Positions 47,901-60,052 of a stretch of 64,000 nt of DNA are shown here, in pieces (within the stretch, counting starts at the first letter, position 1; the number at the start of each line of letters is the position of its first letter). Below the pieces are notes generated by a model that did no database searches, was not told the origin of the DNA, and saw only the letters and a list, made by a program, of their open reading frames with translations. The DNA comes from Raillietiella orientalis. Taxonomy: Eukaryota. Both the position numbers and the translations under genes were made by a program. The DNA lies in NCBI GenBank assembly GCA_036172245.1, contig JAYWIR010000011.1, positions 4,402,001-4,466,000 of the forward strand, given 5' to 3'.

Positions 47901-49224
47901 AACCGCTGGAATGGAATGAGAAGGAATGGAAGAGCGTTCAGCAAGAGCGTCAACCTTCCCTCCTCCTCCTCCTTGCCTTCTCCTCCCTTCCTCTTCTTCC
48001 TCTCTTCCTCCTCCTTGCCTTCTCCTCCTCTTCCTTACCCTCTACCCCTCCTTCTCCATACCTCCTCCTCCTTCTTTGCAACCTGTATCCAACCTTTCAA
48101 GGTTGTATTCGTCCGGCATCTACAAATTATGTTCCAGGGTCCACGTGTTAGGAGGATGATCGATCGCAGAGCAGTAATCTGCTATCTGTTAAGGCTTAAG
48201 GCCTGTTCGAGGCGGGGGAAAAAAATCCGACCCTCTTCAGATACTGTGATTTTTCATCCCTGAAACGGCACGAGAGAACAACAGGAGAGGCTCCACATTA
48301 GAAGGCATCCAATCTGCGCCGACACGCGGATCGATATAGCGGTCGCAACGATGGAAGGGTACGGAGCACTTCGCCAGAGGTCATCACTTTAGCGGGAGAT
48401 TCATTAATTAATTGCCGAGTCACTAATAATTTCCGTGGGCGACGTCGTCGACAACATAAATCACCGCGAGGCTTCGGAGATTCTTGAAAGCGAGGCACTG
48501 GATCTCGGCTCTGCGAAAGATTTATCTGCACGAGAGCCTTTCAACTTCGTGAGAGAAACGCTTCACGCAGCTGATTTATTTTTTGCCTCTTCCCCTCCAG
48601 AGGGAACGCTCCGGAAGGCTTCAGTCTTTTCCCTTTTTTGTGTGCCGTGTTCGAGCCGAAGGATTCCTCCACAGGAGCTGGCACGACCCTCCCTCCCCCC
48701 TCCCCCCATGGCATGTACGCGTCCGAAAATCCGATCCGCACATGACGATTTGGAACATCCGATGCCTCGTCATCCGTACGGCTGGAGATGGTCCGAATTT
48801 GGATTTCGGTCCTCGAAGAAGAAAAGAGAAACAAGAAAGCATCCGCCGCTCTTCCACCCCCCTTCCCCTCCCTTCCCGCCCCCAGGCATAACGATGCTAA
48901 TAGAAGGATGACTGCTAATAAGATGGGTGATCTCTCGAGAGGTCAGAGTGGCACGAGAATCTCCGCGCACCTTGCTCATTACATCCCACATCAACCGGCT
49001 CAACCTCTCCCCCCTCCTTTCCCCTCTCCTTCAGCGGGATGAGCGACTCCTCCTAGGGTTCGCTTCCAGTCCACTGGCGCAACCTCGCCTGGATTCGACG
49101 CCCCGGAATCTCTGACCAAGCTGTGGGCGCGCGTGTGTGGCGATGTCAGATCGAGTTCCGCGATTTCCATCGTCATGCAGTCTCCGGAAGCTGCACCGAG
49201 AACGGACTGGACAGAAGGAGCAGA

Positions 49225-50410
49225 GCCGCGCGCACGGCACCGAACGTCGCGGGTTCGAATCCCACCCGCGGGAAGGATCGATGCCGAGAAAGGAGAGCCC
49301 TGTAGGGTGACGCAGGTCGGCCCATGAGCTTCGGGTGCGGCACTGGTTGACATCCGGTCACGCCTGGGCATTTATTTATAAAATAAACACAGACAACTGT
49401 AGCAGGACGTTTGATCCTGTCCCGTTACTTATGAATACGAGAGAAACCTGCCGGGATCTGGCACGCAGGCCAGAGGGGTTCGCCTCGGCAGCACAAGAAA
49501 AGGGAGGCAAACAAAAAAGAAAAATAAAGCAAAAAATACGTACAAAAAATGGGAAGGGGGGTTCGGGAAGGGATCACCGGGTGTTGGCGGGCGTCCTCTG
49601 CACCCTTTGCAGGATGCCGGCAAGTTCCTGTTTCGAGGCTCCCAGATGGGGCCATCTTGACGCGGTCCTCATGAAGAGGACAGCAAAATAGATGGCGTCC
49701 CTGTCGTTCTGGCCTCCTCTGTCATTGCTGCTCCATGCAGTCACCGTCCCGCCCCGTGGGCAACAAAGTGCTGCTAGGGATGCGGCCGGCGTGAGGGCGT
49801 GGCGCAGGAATTCAGTCGCTTCAAAACGTCTCTGGGGTTGCCCTCGGGGATATGCGGCAAAGCGTGTGAACATGGGGTGCAGGGCAACAGACTCCATAAG
49901 CAGGTGCGGGAGGGATTCTCGCTCCCCTCACCTTGCATAGTTCGGATCGTTCCCCTTCCCCCGCGTCCAATGATGCCGGCGGGCGTTGCACGGGAGGCCC
50001 CAGTGCAGTGGCACTGGTGGAAGCCGGATGTCCCCTCGCTGACAGAACGAGGTCGGAAGATGACCCTCCAGCATCTTTCCAGGACATCAACGAGCGTCGT
50101 TTCCCTTTAGGATTTCCTCTGTAGACAGCCAGGGAGAGGGTTCGCCTCCCAAGCGTGGGAGGAACGGACTCCTCCCTCCGGAGCCTTCCTGGATCCATAG
50201 GGTGGTCCCTCCCCGGGTGCCCTTTAACTTAAAGAGTCACACGCGTCCTCGAGTGGCGCGAACGGTGCTGCAGGAGCTTCCTTAGCTCCCCGCAAGGAGG
50301 CAAAGGGTTCTTTGAGCACTTCAGCGAACCAAAGAAAACCGGAAGAAAAAAAAAAAAATGGAAGGAAAGCAGCGTAAACTGGAGAACCCCCAAAGATTTC
50401 CATCATCAGA
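49225..50410 (+). mobile_element. tRNA-derived SINE-like repeat, copy S5 (49225-49347 and 50010-50410), interrupted by a LINE fragment and internally deleted
   Basis: GGCACCGAACGTCGCGGGTTCGAATCCCACC head; body resumes after the duplicated GGCACTGGT; tail is homologous to S4. Confidence 0.7.
49348..50009 (-). mobile_element. 5'-truncated non-LTR retrotransposon, copy 3, flanked by an 8-9 bp TSD
   Basis: Collinear with copy 2 (LHWGLPC..HHWTRG..HLL..AALCCPRGGTV..FMRTASRWPHLGASKQELAGILQRVQ); end ..AATAAATGCCCAGGCGTGACCGGATGTCAA; TSD GGCACTGG(T) at 49339-49347 / 50010-50018. Confidence 0.85.
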
Positions 50411-51433
50411 GATGCGACCTCCGAAGCCAGGCGAACTGCGCTGCCTGGCTCCAGGAGTGGGTCTTCGCCTGTGGGAAGATTCACGGCACGAACGAGGCGT
50501 GGTGCGGCTGCCTGCATCCAGGCATCGACGCTCGCAAGTCATCGGAGGTCGTCCGCAGCCCGCAGAAGGTGCGGGGGGCCTCATCTACCCTCCTTTCCCC
50601 AGTGCTGTCCTCCCTAAGGGGCGCAAGGGACAGCGTGATCCTGGAAAGATGGGAAGTGAAGAAGAAACCATTGGAGTCGCAGGCAACTCGGGAAGTGACG
50701 GACGCTGCGACCCCGAGTGTCCCACCCAAAAGACTTGTACGCTGGGGAGAGCTGCTGGGCATCCCTCCGAAGGAGGTGAAGCGGCTCTCAGAGTTCCGGA
50801 ACGGTGGAGCTCTCCCTCTCAATTGGCGGGAGTTGGCATTGATGGTGTTTCAAGAGGGAATACCATGCAAAGCGCGCCTTCACCACTGGACACGGGGGTG
50901 AGCGTGGACGCTCAGAACGGGACAGGTGCAGGAAGAAGGAGACCCTCCTGCACCTGCTCTTGGACTGTGCTGCCTTCCGATCCCTTTGGGCGGACCAGGA
51001 GACGATCCTAGGTATCCCGGCGTGCAACCCCAGGGACATTTTCAGGCGCCTCTTCGTGCGCGGCGCCGCACTGCCTCCAACCGCATACCCTGCAGTCCTC
51101 TGCTTTCTCCGCGGGATCACGGAGGCCTGGAACGCCAGGAGAAGAGGGCCGAAATGGCAGGGATCTTCCTGAGGACCACCCCGAGATGGTGCCACCTGGT
51201 TCCTATGTACGGACAGAAATTTCCAGCATCCTGAAGAGGACGCCTGGCAGCGTACCGTACCTCCCCCTCCCCTGTTTTTGTCTGTTTATTTTATTTTATC
51301 CTTTGTTTTCCCCTTCCCCCACGCTGCTGAGGCGGACCTCCCCGCTTCTGCGTGCCGCTCCTCGGCAGGTTCACCGCACCAACGTATTTTTATTGCTCTA
51401 TGTAATAAATGCCCCTGCATAACCGGATGACAA
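50408..51433 (+). mobile_element. 5'-truncated non-LTR retrotransposon, copy 4 (5' boundary uncertain, 50408-50560)
   Basis: ..PPKRLVRWGELLGIP..EGIPCKARLHHWTRG..HLLLDC..NPRDIFRRLFVRGA..RWCHL; 3'UTR GCTGCTGAGGCGGACCTC; end AATAAATGCCCCTGCATAACCGGATGACAA. Confidence 0.8.
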
Positions 51434-52332
51434 TCATCCTGCCTGGGCTCCACTATCCCAGCTCTCCATACTGCTATCCCAGCTTATTACGAGTTTGCAC
51501 TTCCTGGAGACGAACCGAATAATAATCTTTCGGAGCTCCAGACTGTGCGAGTTTTTCGAAGAACCTTCCATGAGGTTCCCCGACCGACCGCGAAGGGCTC
51601 TTCCGGAAGAGACTCCAGATTCGCTCGAGAGCGTCCTGGGTCCACTTGCAGCCTCTCTTTCCGTCTTCCCGGTTCCTTGAGGTAAACAAAAATGTGCGGA
51701 TCTCGGGTTGGGTGGAATCGACACGCAGACGTACGTGAGAAATCAAAGCTGTCGGCACTCCCCCTGTTCCAGGAAGGGAATGCGCAGGAGCCCTCCCGTA
51801 CAGGACAGCTTCAGGAACGAGGAAGCAATCCCTCATTATCTGACATGGTGAACGTGATGCTGGAAAAGTTCCGTCAGGTGTTCTCGTTTGCGCACGTCTG
51901 GGCGGTTGCTGCTATTGAGACATCGATGTATCCATTGCGTCAAAATAAACCGAGCAGTAGGAACAGAACATTCGTGAACAACCGTGCACCGTGTAAAAAA
52001 AAAAAGAAAAACGTGTACACGGTATTTCCAAATTCCGGTCAATCTTACTCATTCATGGTCACATATTTTCCGTTAAAAGGAACCGAAACCATCCCTTACA
52101 AGGTCCTCCCCCCCCCCCCCCCCAATTTATTCACGTTTAATAAGAACAGTAGGAACGTCGAATTTTCGGCTCAGACACGAACACCAAAGGAATGAGGAAA
52201 ACTTCCAACACGTGCGGGCGACACGCATCCGAAACGAAATGGCTCCCGTCCGAGGTTCGTCTTAGGTATCTCCCGTCGCGCGCACGACGCATAGCACATT
52301 CTAATACTGCTGCTGCGAATGAGAGGACGTTC

Positions 52333-52405
52333 GCCTCCTTAGCTCAGTGGTATGAGCACCAGTCTCGTAAACTGGGGGTCGTGAGTTCGATCCTCACAGG
52401 AGGCT
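52333..52405 (+). tRNA. tRNA-Thr (anticodon CGT)
   Basis: Complete cloverleaf: acceptor GCCTCCT/AGGAGGC, D-arm GCTC/GAGC, anticodon arm CCAGT-CTCGTAA-ACTGG, T-arm GTGAG-TTCGATC-CTCAC; TTTT Pol III terminator at 52411-52414. Confidence 0.97.
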
Positions 52406-52981
52406 GTTGCTTTTCCTCGCAGAACTGGGGAAAGCGGCCGCGCGCCGTTTTGCACGCGCGCGGGCAGGGGAGATCCATGAGATGATCTCCATGGTGAGGA
52501 GGAGGAGGAGATCGTGATCTTCCGTTCCCGTGGCGCGACGAGAGCGCGCCCGGCGAGGTGATCTCGCCCGGTGACGAACGCCCTTACCGCCGCCGCGTGG
52601 GTCAGGCGCTTACCTCTCCCCCCCCCGCAGCAACCTCGCCCCGCACCGCGTTCTTGTCTTTTGACCCGTGCAGTGCTCTGGAAGGCCTGCGGGGGCACCG
52701 GAGGAAGACTCCCCCGCCGAGATGGTGCTTTTGAAAAAAAAAAATGGTGATTTCGCTGAGAGTTCCTCCGTCTGTTCTCCCGGAAGACATCTCCCCTTCC
52801 TTCCTTTTACCCTCTCCTCACGAATCTCCCGAGTAGCTCCACGCGCGTGCATGGACCAGGCATGAGAAAAGTAGGGCTTGCTGGAAAGTCTTGCGACCTA
52901 TTCCGTGAGGCCTTCTTTCGCTCCGGGCGAGCGACTCTGTGCAAAGATTCAGCGGACCTCTCTCTCATGTCTCCTGCTCGC

Positions 52982-53020
<39 letters not shown>

Positions 53021-53021
53021 T
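52982..53021. repeat. (GCGT)n tetranucleotide microsatellite
   Basis: Direct reading, about 10 units. Confidence 0.9.
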
Positions 53022-56000
53022 GTTGCTGTTTTAACAATGGCTGAAATGCGCGGCCAAGACTCCTGAATTCCGCGGCATGATGATGAATCGCGTCATTAAT
53101 GATGATACGTTGGTGAGTGCGAGCAAGCCATTAGTGACGTATGGGAACGTTCGGTTTCCAACGCGCCAACGGAGTCAGCGGCGTCGGCACGCTCGGCTGC
53201 TGGCGCGTTCCTCCTAGCCGGTGCTGTGCCCGCCACGCCACTCTGCAGGAAAGGATGTGGGGTCGTCGGGGGTCCATGGAACACAGTGGGTCCATCGGCA
53301 CACTGGCTTTCCCTTTCCGCCCTGGCGCCCACCTGATTTCTGGCGCAGCCCCGACTCGCGCAGCCCCCGTCCTCCCGCCAAGGAAACCCGAGTCTCGCGT
53401 TCTTCTGTTCTTCTCTCCTTCCCCAAGCGAAGATCCTGAACCTTTCCTTCTCCTGAAAAGCCCTCGAGGCATTTCGTCACCAGAGAGGTCAGCAAAGACC
53501 TACGTGTTGCAATCGCCTCGCAGCAGACAGCAGCACGGAGGCTAACGCGAAACGAGGAGATGCCCCCCCCCGGGAAGGTGAGGGCGCGAGCGCGAGGGTC
53601 GGGCCCTTCCGCCGCCCCGATTTCCCCCCCGCGCCGGCATGCCGCGGGTAGGCATGCCACCGACATCCCTTCTTCGACGCGGAGCGGCCTTCCCGAATGC
53701 TCGCTTTGCGCCTCCGAAAGGTCACGGGACAGCAGCAAGCCTGGCTGCAGCGCGAGCGGCGTGGGCCCTGGGGATCGCCACCCCCTCGGGCGCGGTGGAT
53801 CTTTTTTTTTTTCGCCCGAGCAGCGCAGGCCAAAGGGGATCCGAAAACTCGTTGGCCTCCCCTCGGCTGAGAGCTCTTCCGCCTGGCGACTCGAGCGATC
53901 GTCAGATTAATCATACCGGACTCCCCGGTGGTATCAAGATGTCGGCATCCTTTCAGCTGTCGCAGTTCTGGGAAGCGCCCCATCCACGCCAAATGGGGAC
54001 GGGGGGGGGGGGGAAGGCATCGTGGCCAGTGGATGCCCTCCTCAATCACTCAGGAGCTGCTTGTTTTATGGGCACGGTTTGGAAAGACAGACGCAAGAAT
54101 CAATCCGACGTCTTTCTCACGATGTCTTCCTCCACCGTTTTACGTGCCTCGGCGCTTTGCCGCGCCCATCGGCCGCCGACCAGTTACTCCCGTGATTCTC
54201 CTTCCAGCGAATCTTGGAATGGCTCGAAAGCTCTGTAAAGAACCGAGGATCCCGGAATGTAGAAACACACGTGACTTGAACAACAACAACAACAAGGCGC
54301 AGAGGTTTTCACATTGAGGTGCACGGCTGTTGTAATCAAGAAAGTAGCGCTCTGGATGCTTCCGCGCCACCGAAGAATTCCACGGCAAAGTCCTGCGTGA
54401 CGGAGGAGGAGGAGGCATGGAGTCGTTCGCCTCTCCCAAGCTGAGAGACTCGCCGTAAAGCATAAATTTCCAGAGGTTGCAGCGAATTCTAAGACTTGCT
54501 AGAAAAGGAGAGGGCAGAGCGATAAGAACGACCACTACCCATCATCACTGCGATGCTCATGTGCTCTGGGTAACAGGGAGGCAGGGTGTAGAAGAGAAAT
54601 GGCAACAGTTTCTTCTGCCGTTCTTCTAGTGGTGCTGTTATCAGTTTTTTTTCTTTTTTTTTTTTTAATTTAATTTAATTTTACCTTTTTTTATAGCAAT
54701 GTGGTTCAGCTAGAAAATGCAAAACGAAGGCTTGAAAGATGCTTTTCAGCAGGAACGAGAACCATAAACCTTCTTCGAAAACAAATAAGGAGTGGAGTGG
54801 GGTGTGGTTAGGAGGTGCCTTCAATGCTGGAGGAGATCCAGCCGCTCGCATCTCCCTGAAATCTCCTTATGAGGACACCGCCAGGACAGGAACAGGGCAG
54901 ATTGTCTTTCTTTCAATAGCCTGGGCATGTTCTCTCTGGTAGTTGCTCCATCTCTCATTAGATGGCGAAACCCAATCGATCTTCCTCTAATCTTTCGTAC
55001 GCACGGATGAGCACCCATCCAGAGGGTGGGTTCCGCGGAAGGGAAGACGAAGGGAAAGTGGAAGGAAGAGATTCCATCCTTGCAGCAACGTGCCCTGCTA
55101 GAAGCTCTCTATCCGCACTGTGGCGCTGACCCAATGTTCCTTCTAGCGTTCTAGGAACCGCTCCTTGACTGGTCACATCTCTAGATGCTCCTTCAGAATC
55201 TCCACCATCTTCCAGATCTGCTCTCCAAGTCTCGGATTCTCGGTTTCCGTCGAACTGTTCCTTGGCTCCCACGGATGCTGACCCCTCTAGGAAAAGAGCT
55301 CTTTCTTCGTCCACCCCGCTTGTGGCATCTCATCCACGGATTCGATCCTCTTTTTCTGTTGGTGCGCTCGTTCTTTGGTGCACCCATTAATTATTTACAT
55401 TACTGTCTAAATAATTAAAAGGTAAGTTGAGTTTGCATGCCAACGATCAGCTGAGATTCTCCGACCGCTACTCCGTACGCTCTGTCCGCTTAAACTCACT
55501 GCCCGCGAGACCTGCAAGAAGTGTGGCGGATCGCTCATGGAGAAGATGCCTGGCGTGGGAGGAGCCGCCATCGCACATTCTCCATGACTGCAAATAAAAG
55601 GAAGCGGAAAGGAGGGGCAAAAAGCCCCACTTTTTGCATGAGATGGCGGCGATGGCGAGGTTTGCTTTCGGTCAAAGAGTTGGCTCTTTGGAACCACATA
55701 GGAAAAAGGAAGACGAGGGCAAGCGCTGGAAGCGCTTCTGGACTCGGCGTCTGCGTCCTGGAGAAGCGGATGCTGATGCATCCCTGACGGAGCGCGTTCG
55801 CGATCAGAACTTCCCCGGGGGCGAAAAAGGGAAGGCGGAGAAGCGTCGCTGGTCTCTTCGCTCAAACACGCTGCTGCATTCATGGATGGAATCTGCTGTA
55901 TACAAACACGCTGGTTCGTACACAGGAACGTCTCGCTCCGCAAGATGACCCCCACAAGGAGGATGCTGCGCGCGTGCGAATCCCACGTGACTTCGGAACT

Positions 56001-56084
56001 GCCGGAGATGCGCTGCAGTCCGATGGGCTGTGATTCAAAATGACCAACGATCGAAATCCCGAATGATTCTAAAGATAAACACAT

Positions 56085-57275
56085 GCATTTATTATATATG
56101 TTAATATGTGTACTTATATATGGATTGATGTATATCTATATGTGTAATCTATGCTATTATATGTACGCATATGTTTATTTTTACAATCTTCATAATATAT
56201 ATTAATCCATACACAAATATATGCATGAATACATGATAAACGTATTATAAATTATACAAACAACACGTATGTTAATAAAGATCCATCAGTATGTATGTTA
56301 AAATAAATTTGTAAACTAATCTATGAAAAATAAGCATAAGCATATGTTCTTATAACCTTGATAATATGTAATTAATATGTACTGTAAAGATTATAAAAAT
56401 AAGTATATATGTGCTCGTTATATTCTTTAATAATATTACTAATATGCTTGTCCTTTATATATATAAAATTAACATGGATTAATATATAGTATTAAGATTA
56501 TAAAAAATAAATATGTATATCTATGTTTGGATCACAATGCAAATTCATTTTAACATGCATATTCATCAATATTTGTTAACGTTTTTGTTACTGATATAAT
56601 TAATAATATGTATTAATTTATTATTGATATATTTTAAAGATTATAGAAGATAAATATATCCATTTAAAATATACATCAATAAATATTCATGTATACAGTA
56701 AATACATATGAAATCAGTGTGTAAATATGGAATTATAAAAAATGAAACATAGTGGTGGCAATTAAAAGTAATGGAAAAAATAAGCAAACACAAAAGAAAA
56801 CACAAAAGAAATTGGGTGTTTCATTTTCCTGTCATTTCTATCACTCAATAAATGGAACTCCCTCAGAAAAATTTCATTTTCGGGATTTCGATCGTTCGAT
56901 AAATGTATATGTTTATAAATCGATATCTATGTATTCATTTCATATGTATTTAGTATTTGTATAAATAGGTAGCAACATGTATAATAAACACATACTCACT
57001 TTTATAATCTTTATATATTAATGTATATACAAACATATCTATGAATATATAATAAAGATATTGTAAATCATATTAACAGTAGGCATGTTAATAAATAGTA
57101 ATCAGTAAGTATGCTAAACCAAGTTTGCAAATTAATATCTATATATAAATGTACATGGTAAGCTTCTGTATTTATTTTTATAATCCTTACAATATATATC
57201 AAGCTATGCATTAAACTTTGCACAGATATACTTATATGTACAATAAACGCACGCTTTCATTTTTCGTGATCTTTG
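56085..57275. repeat. AT-rich repetitive block 1 (possible foldback/MITE-like non-autonomous element)
   Basis: Abrupt drop in GC; a motif like ATTAATATAT..AAGATTATAAAAATAA recurs in both orientations; core 56740-56905 is shared with blocks 2 and 3. Confidence 0.55.
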
Positions 57276-58719
57276 GGCCTTTCGATGGGCAGCCGTCCAA
57301 TGGGCCGCGTCGTGGCAGAACGCGCGGCGAAGGCGAGGACCAGAGATGAGCAGCATCCAGCAGCATACCCCACCATCTACGGAGGTCGACCCCAGTGCAC
57401 ATCCAGCAGCTGCAATCCTATCTGGCCGGTATCCGAGGAAAGATAAGCATCACTCCGTGTTTTCTTTTTTTTTTTTTTGTCCTTTTCTGTTTGTTTGTCT
57501 TCCGTTAAGTGATTTCGCCCTGTCAGCCATGACAACCGCACTGTGGCAACTAAAGGTATCAGGAAAGGACGAGTTAAAAGGCGGGACTTTTCCCATGCAG
57601 GGGAGGAAGATGGGAGGGAATGCGTCGCCAAGGGAAACCGATCTCCCTCGCGATTCCTGGATACGGACCGCTTTCCTTGGTGCTTCTTCGGGGGGTTGCG
57701 ACGACGCGCGTCGTCACGGCGCCACGAGCCGCCTGCTTCGATCTAGGCTCTAGGACCCACAATCATTCCGTAGTTGCTGAATGCATTGCGAGCACCCCGC
57801 AACTTTGTACGCATGGAGGGGCTCCTAGGATGCGAACATTTCCCTATGCACCAAGAATCATGGGGGGCGAAGAGATAAGCAGTGCTGGAGAAGATGCACT
57901 TCAAGGCAGCAGGCCGAGACGGTGGCGCCGGGATTCTCCCGGAAAAAGACGGCTTCTCTTCAGCTTCCAACTGCAGGACCGATCCACCCGCAAGAGCACT
58001 CTCCAGACCCAACACTCGACTCCGAAGACCTGGGGGGGGCGCTCTCGATTCACTGGGGCAGGAAGAGGAGGGGGCAGCTGCGAAGCAACCGCTTGCAGCC
58101 AAGGAAGAGGGAAGCGCTCTCAGAAGAAGAAACACCCGCGTCGGCTTTAGGGCAGGAGCGGAAGGTTCCGTGGGCACGGACGAGGAGCGCCATCGAGGAA
58201 GGAACGAGCAAGGACGAGGCCGTGGCCATCAGTTTCGACCGCGCAATACCGAGTTTCTCGGAGCCTTGCAAATCCGCGGAGGGCAAAACAAAACAGATCT
58301 CTTGCGCCGAAGGAAACTGGACCTCCCATCGCACCTGCTCCGTGGTGATTCGTCGAAAGGAGCCTCGCCGTCTCCTTTTCAAGGACTTTTCCGTAAAGGA
58401 GTTGTGTCGCAGGGTGCGAGGCACAGAGCAAACCGAAAGGTCACTCAGGAGGACCTCTGCTGCTACGGAGAAACAGCACCCGCCCACCCGAATCGGACCG
58501 TACACGGCACCGGCGACTGGTCCAGGGAGCCGTCGCCAAATTGGGCAGAGGGAAGAGGAGAAGCGATGTCCTTTAAGAATAGCAAGCAGTGGAATGCAAG
58601 CGCGTGCTGCCCCCCAGCATTCCTCCTGATCTGAGGGATAAGACCGCCGTTGCCATGCTCGCATGAGGCTCGTAGTTTGCCTGCAGAGGTCATGCCGCAC
58701 CCGCGAAACGTAATCCTTT

Positions 58720-59370
58720 TCTTATTCGCTCAACCTTGTGCTTCTCATTAGTCAGATTAGGTCATTTCATCAGGTTGATTAATAAAATCAATACTAAATA
58801 ACTTGTTTCTTATTATTTCATTTGCTGCTCTGGTCAGATTTGCTGCCGACGAGCCGCGAACCAAGAAAACTGGTTGTTCGCGAGGATCAAGAACACAAGG
58901 TTTTCACTCGAAACCCCGGATGCTGAAATCTCGAAACATCATTAAAAGTAAATACATATGTTGTGCATTAAGATATATATATATATATACATATAGATTT
59001 ACATATAGATTAATATATGGATCAATGTACATTATAAATATCATAACAATAAATGCACATGCTTACTATATAGATATTTCTACATAGATTTATCAATAGA
59101 ATAAATGTGTATTAAGTGAATATCAAAATGTCGAATTAGGAAAAATTTTAAACAATCGAAAGCAGTGGAAAAAAATAGCAAACGGATTTAAAAAAAAACA
59201 CACACACACAAAAAAAAAGACATTTGGTATTTCCTTTTCCCATCATTTCCAGTCAATGGAAATTCCTCAACAATGGATGGATTCCATTTTCGGAATAATT
59301 GATCGTTCGATAAACACGTGTCGCCAAGTCGATATCTATATATACTCATACTCATGTGTGTATATATATA

Positions 59371-59467
<97 letters not shown>

Positions 59468-59880
59468 ATGCAAATTTATTTCAACATACATATTAATATT
59501 TATTAACATACACACTATTAACATAATTCATAATATTCATTAGTACCTTGGCAATGTGCAAATTCAAGATTATATACTTGAATATCTATACATAATCTTA
59601 ACTATATATTATTACTATGTCAACAAATTATTGAATATTATGCTAATCATGTTAACAAAATGCATGTGAATAAGTATGTATGTTAAACTGAATACTGATC
59701 TGCATACTGATCTATACATCTATACTGATCTAAATATATATTAATATACATATTAAACGTATGCATTTATTTTTCATGATCTTCTCGATATATACTGATT
59801 GATCTGAGTATTCATCTATATATAAATCCACATGTTAATATACATAATTAGCGTATATATTTATTTTTTAATGCTCTTTC
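58720..59880. repeat. AT-rich repetitive block 2, containing a compound (TC)n(TA)n(TG)n microsatellite at 59377-59466
   Basis: Core 59130-59315 (..GGAAAAAA..AATGGAA.TCCTCA..CATTTTCGG..GATCGTTCGATAAA) matches 56740-56905. Confidence 0.55.
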
Positions 59881-60052
59881 GAGGTTCCGCCACCCGGGAT
59901 TTCGGTGGGCACCGAAAAGACATTGCCTTTGTAAGTAGAAAGAGTCTCTTAAAGCATTCAAAAATGGCCTTCAGCGGCACCTAAAACAGCACACAGTAAG
60001 AGTGTTCTCAACCTCATCCTCTTCGGGGTGACCAACAGCGACCGGGCATTGG

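Noticed and set aside
50441..51452. CTGCCTGG(G)CTCCA (50441-50453 / 51439-51452) as the TSD of LINE copy 4
   Set aside because: Imperfect, offset 5 nt from the conserved LINE terminus, and the LINE frame seems to extend upstream of it; not fully excluded.
47660..51880. Exon-like + strand segments (about 47670-47900, 48435-48548, 51773-51877)
   Set aside because: Composition looks coding in places, but there is no consistent splice chain or homology.
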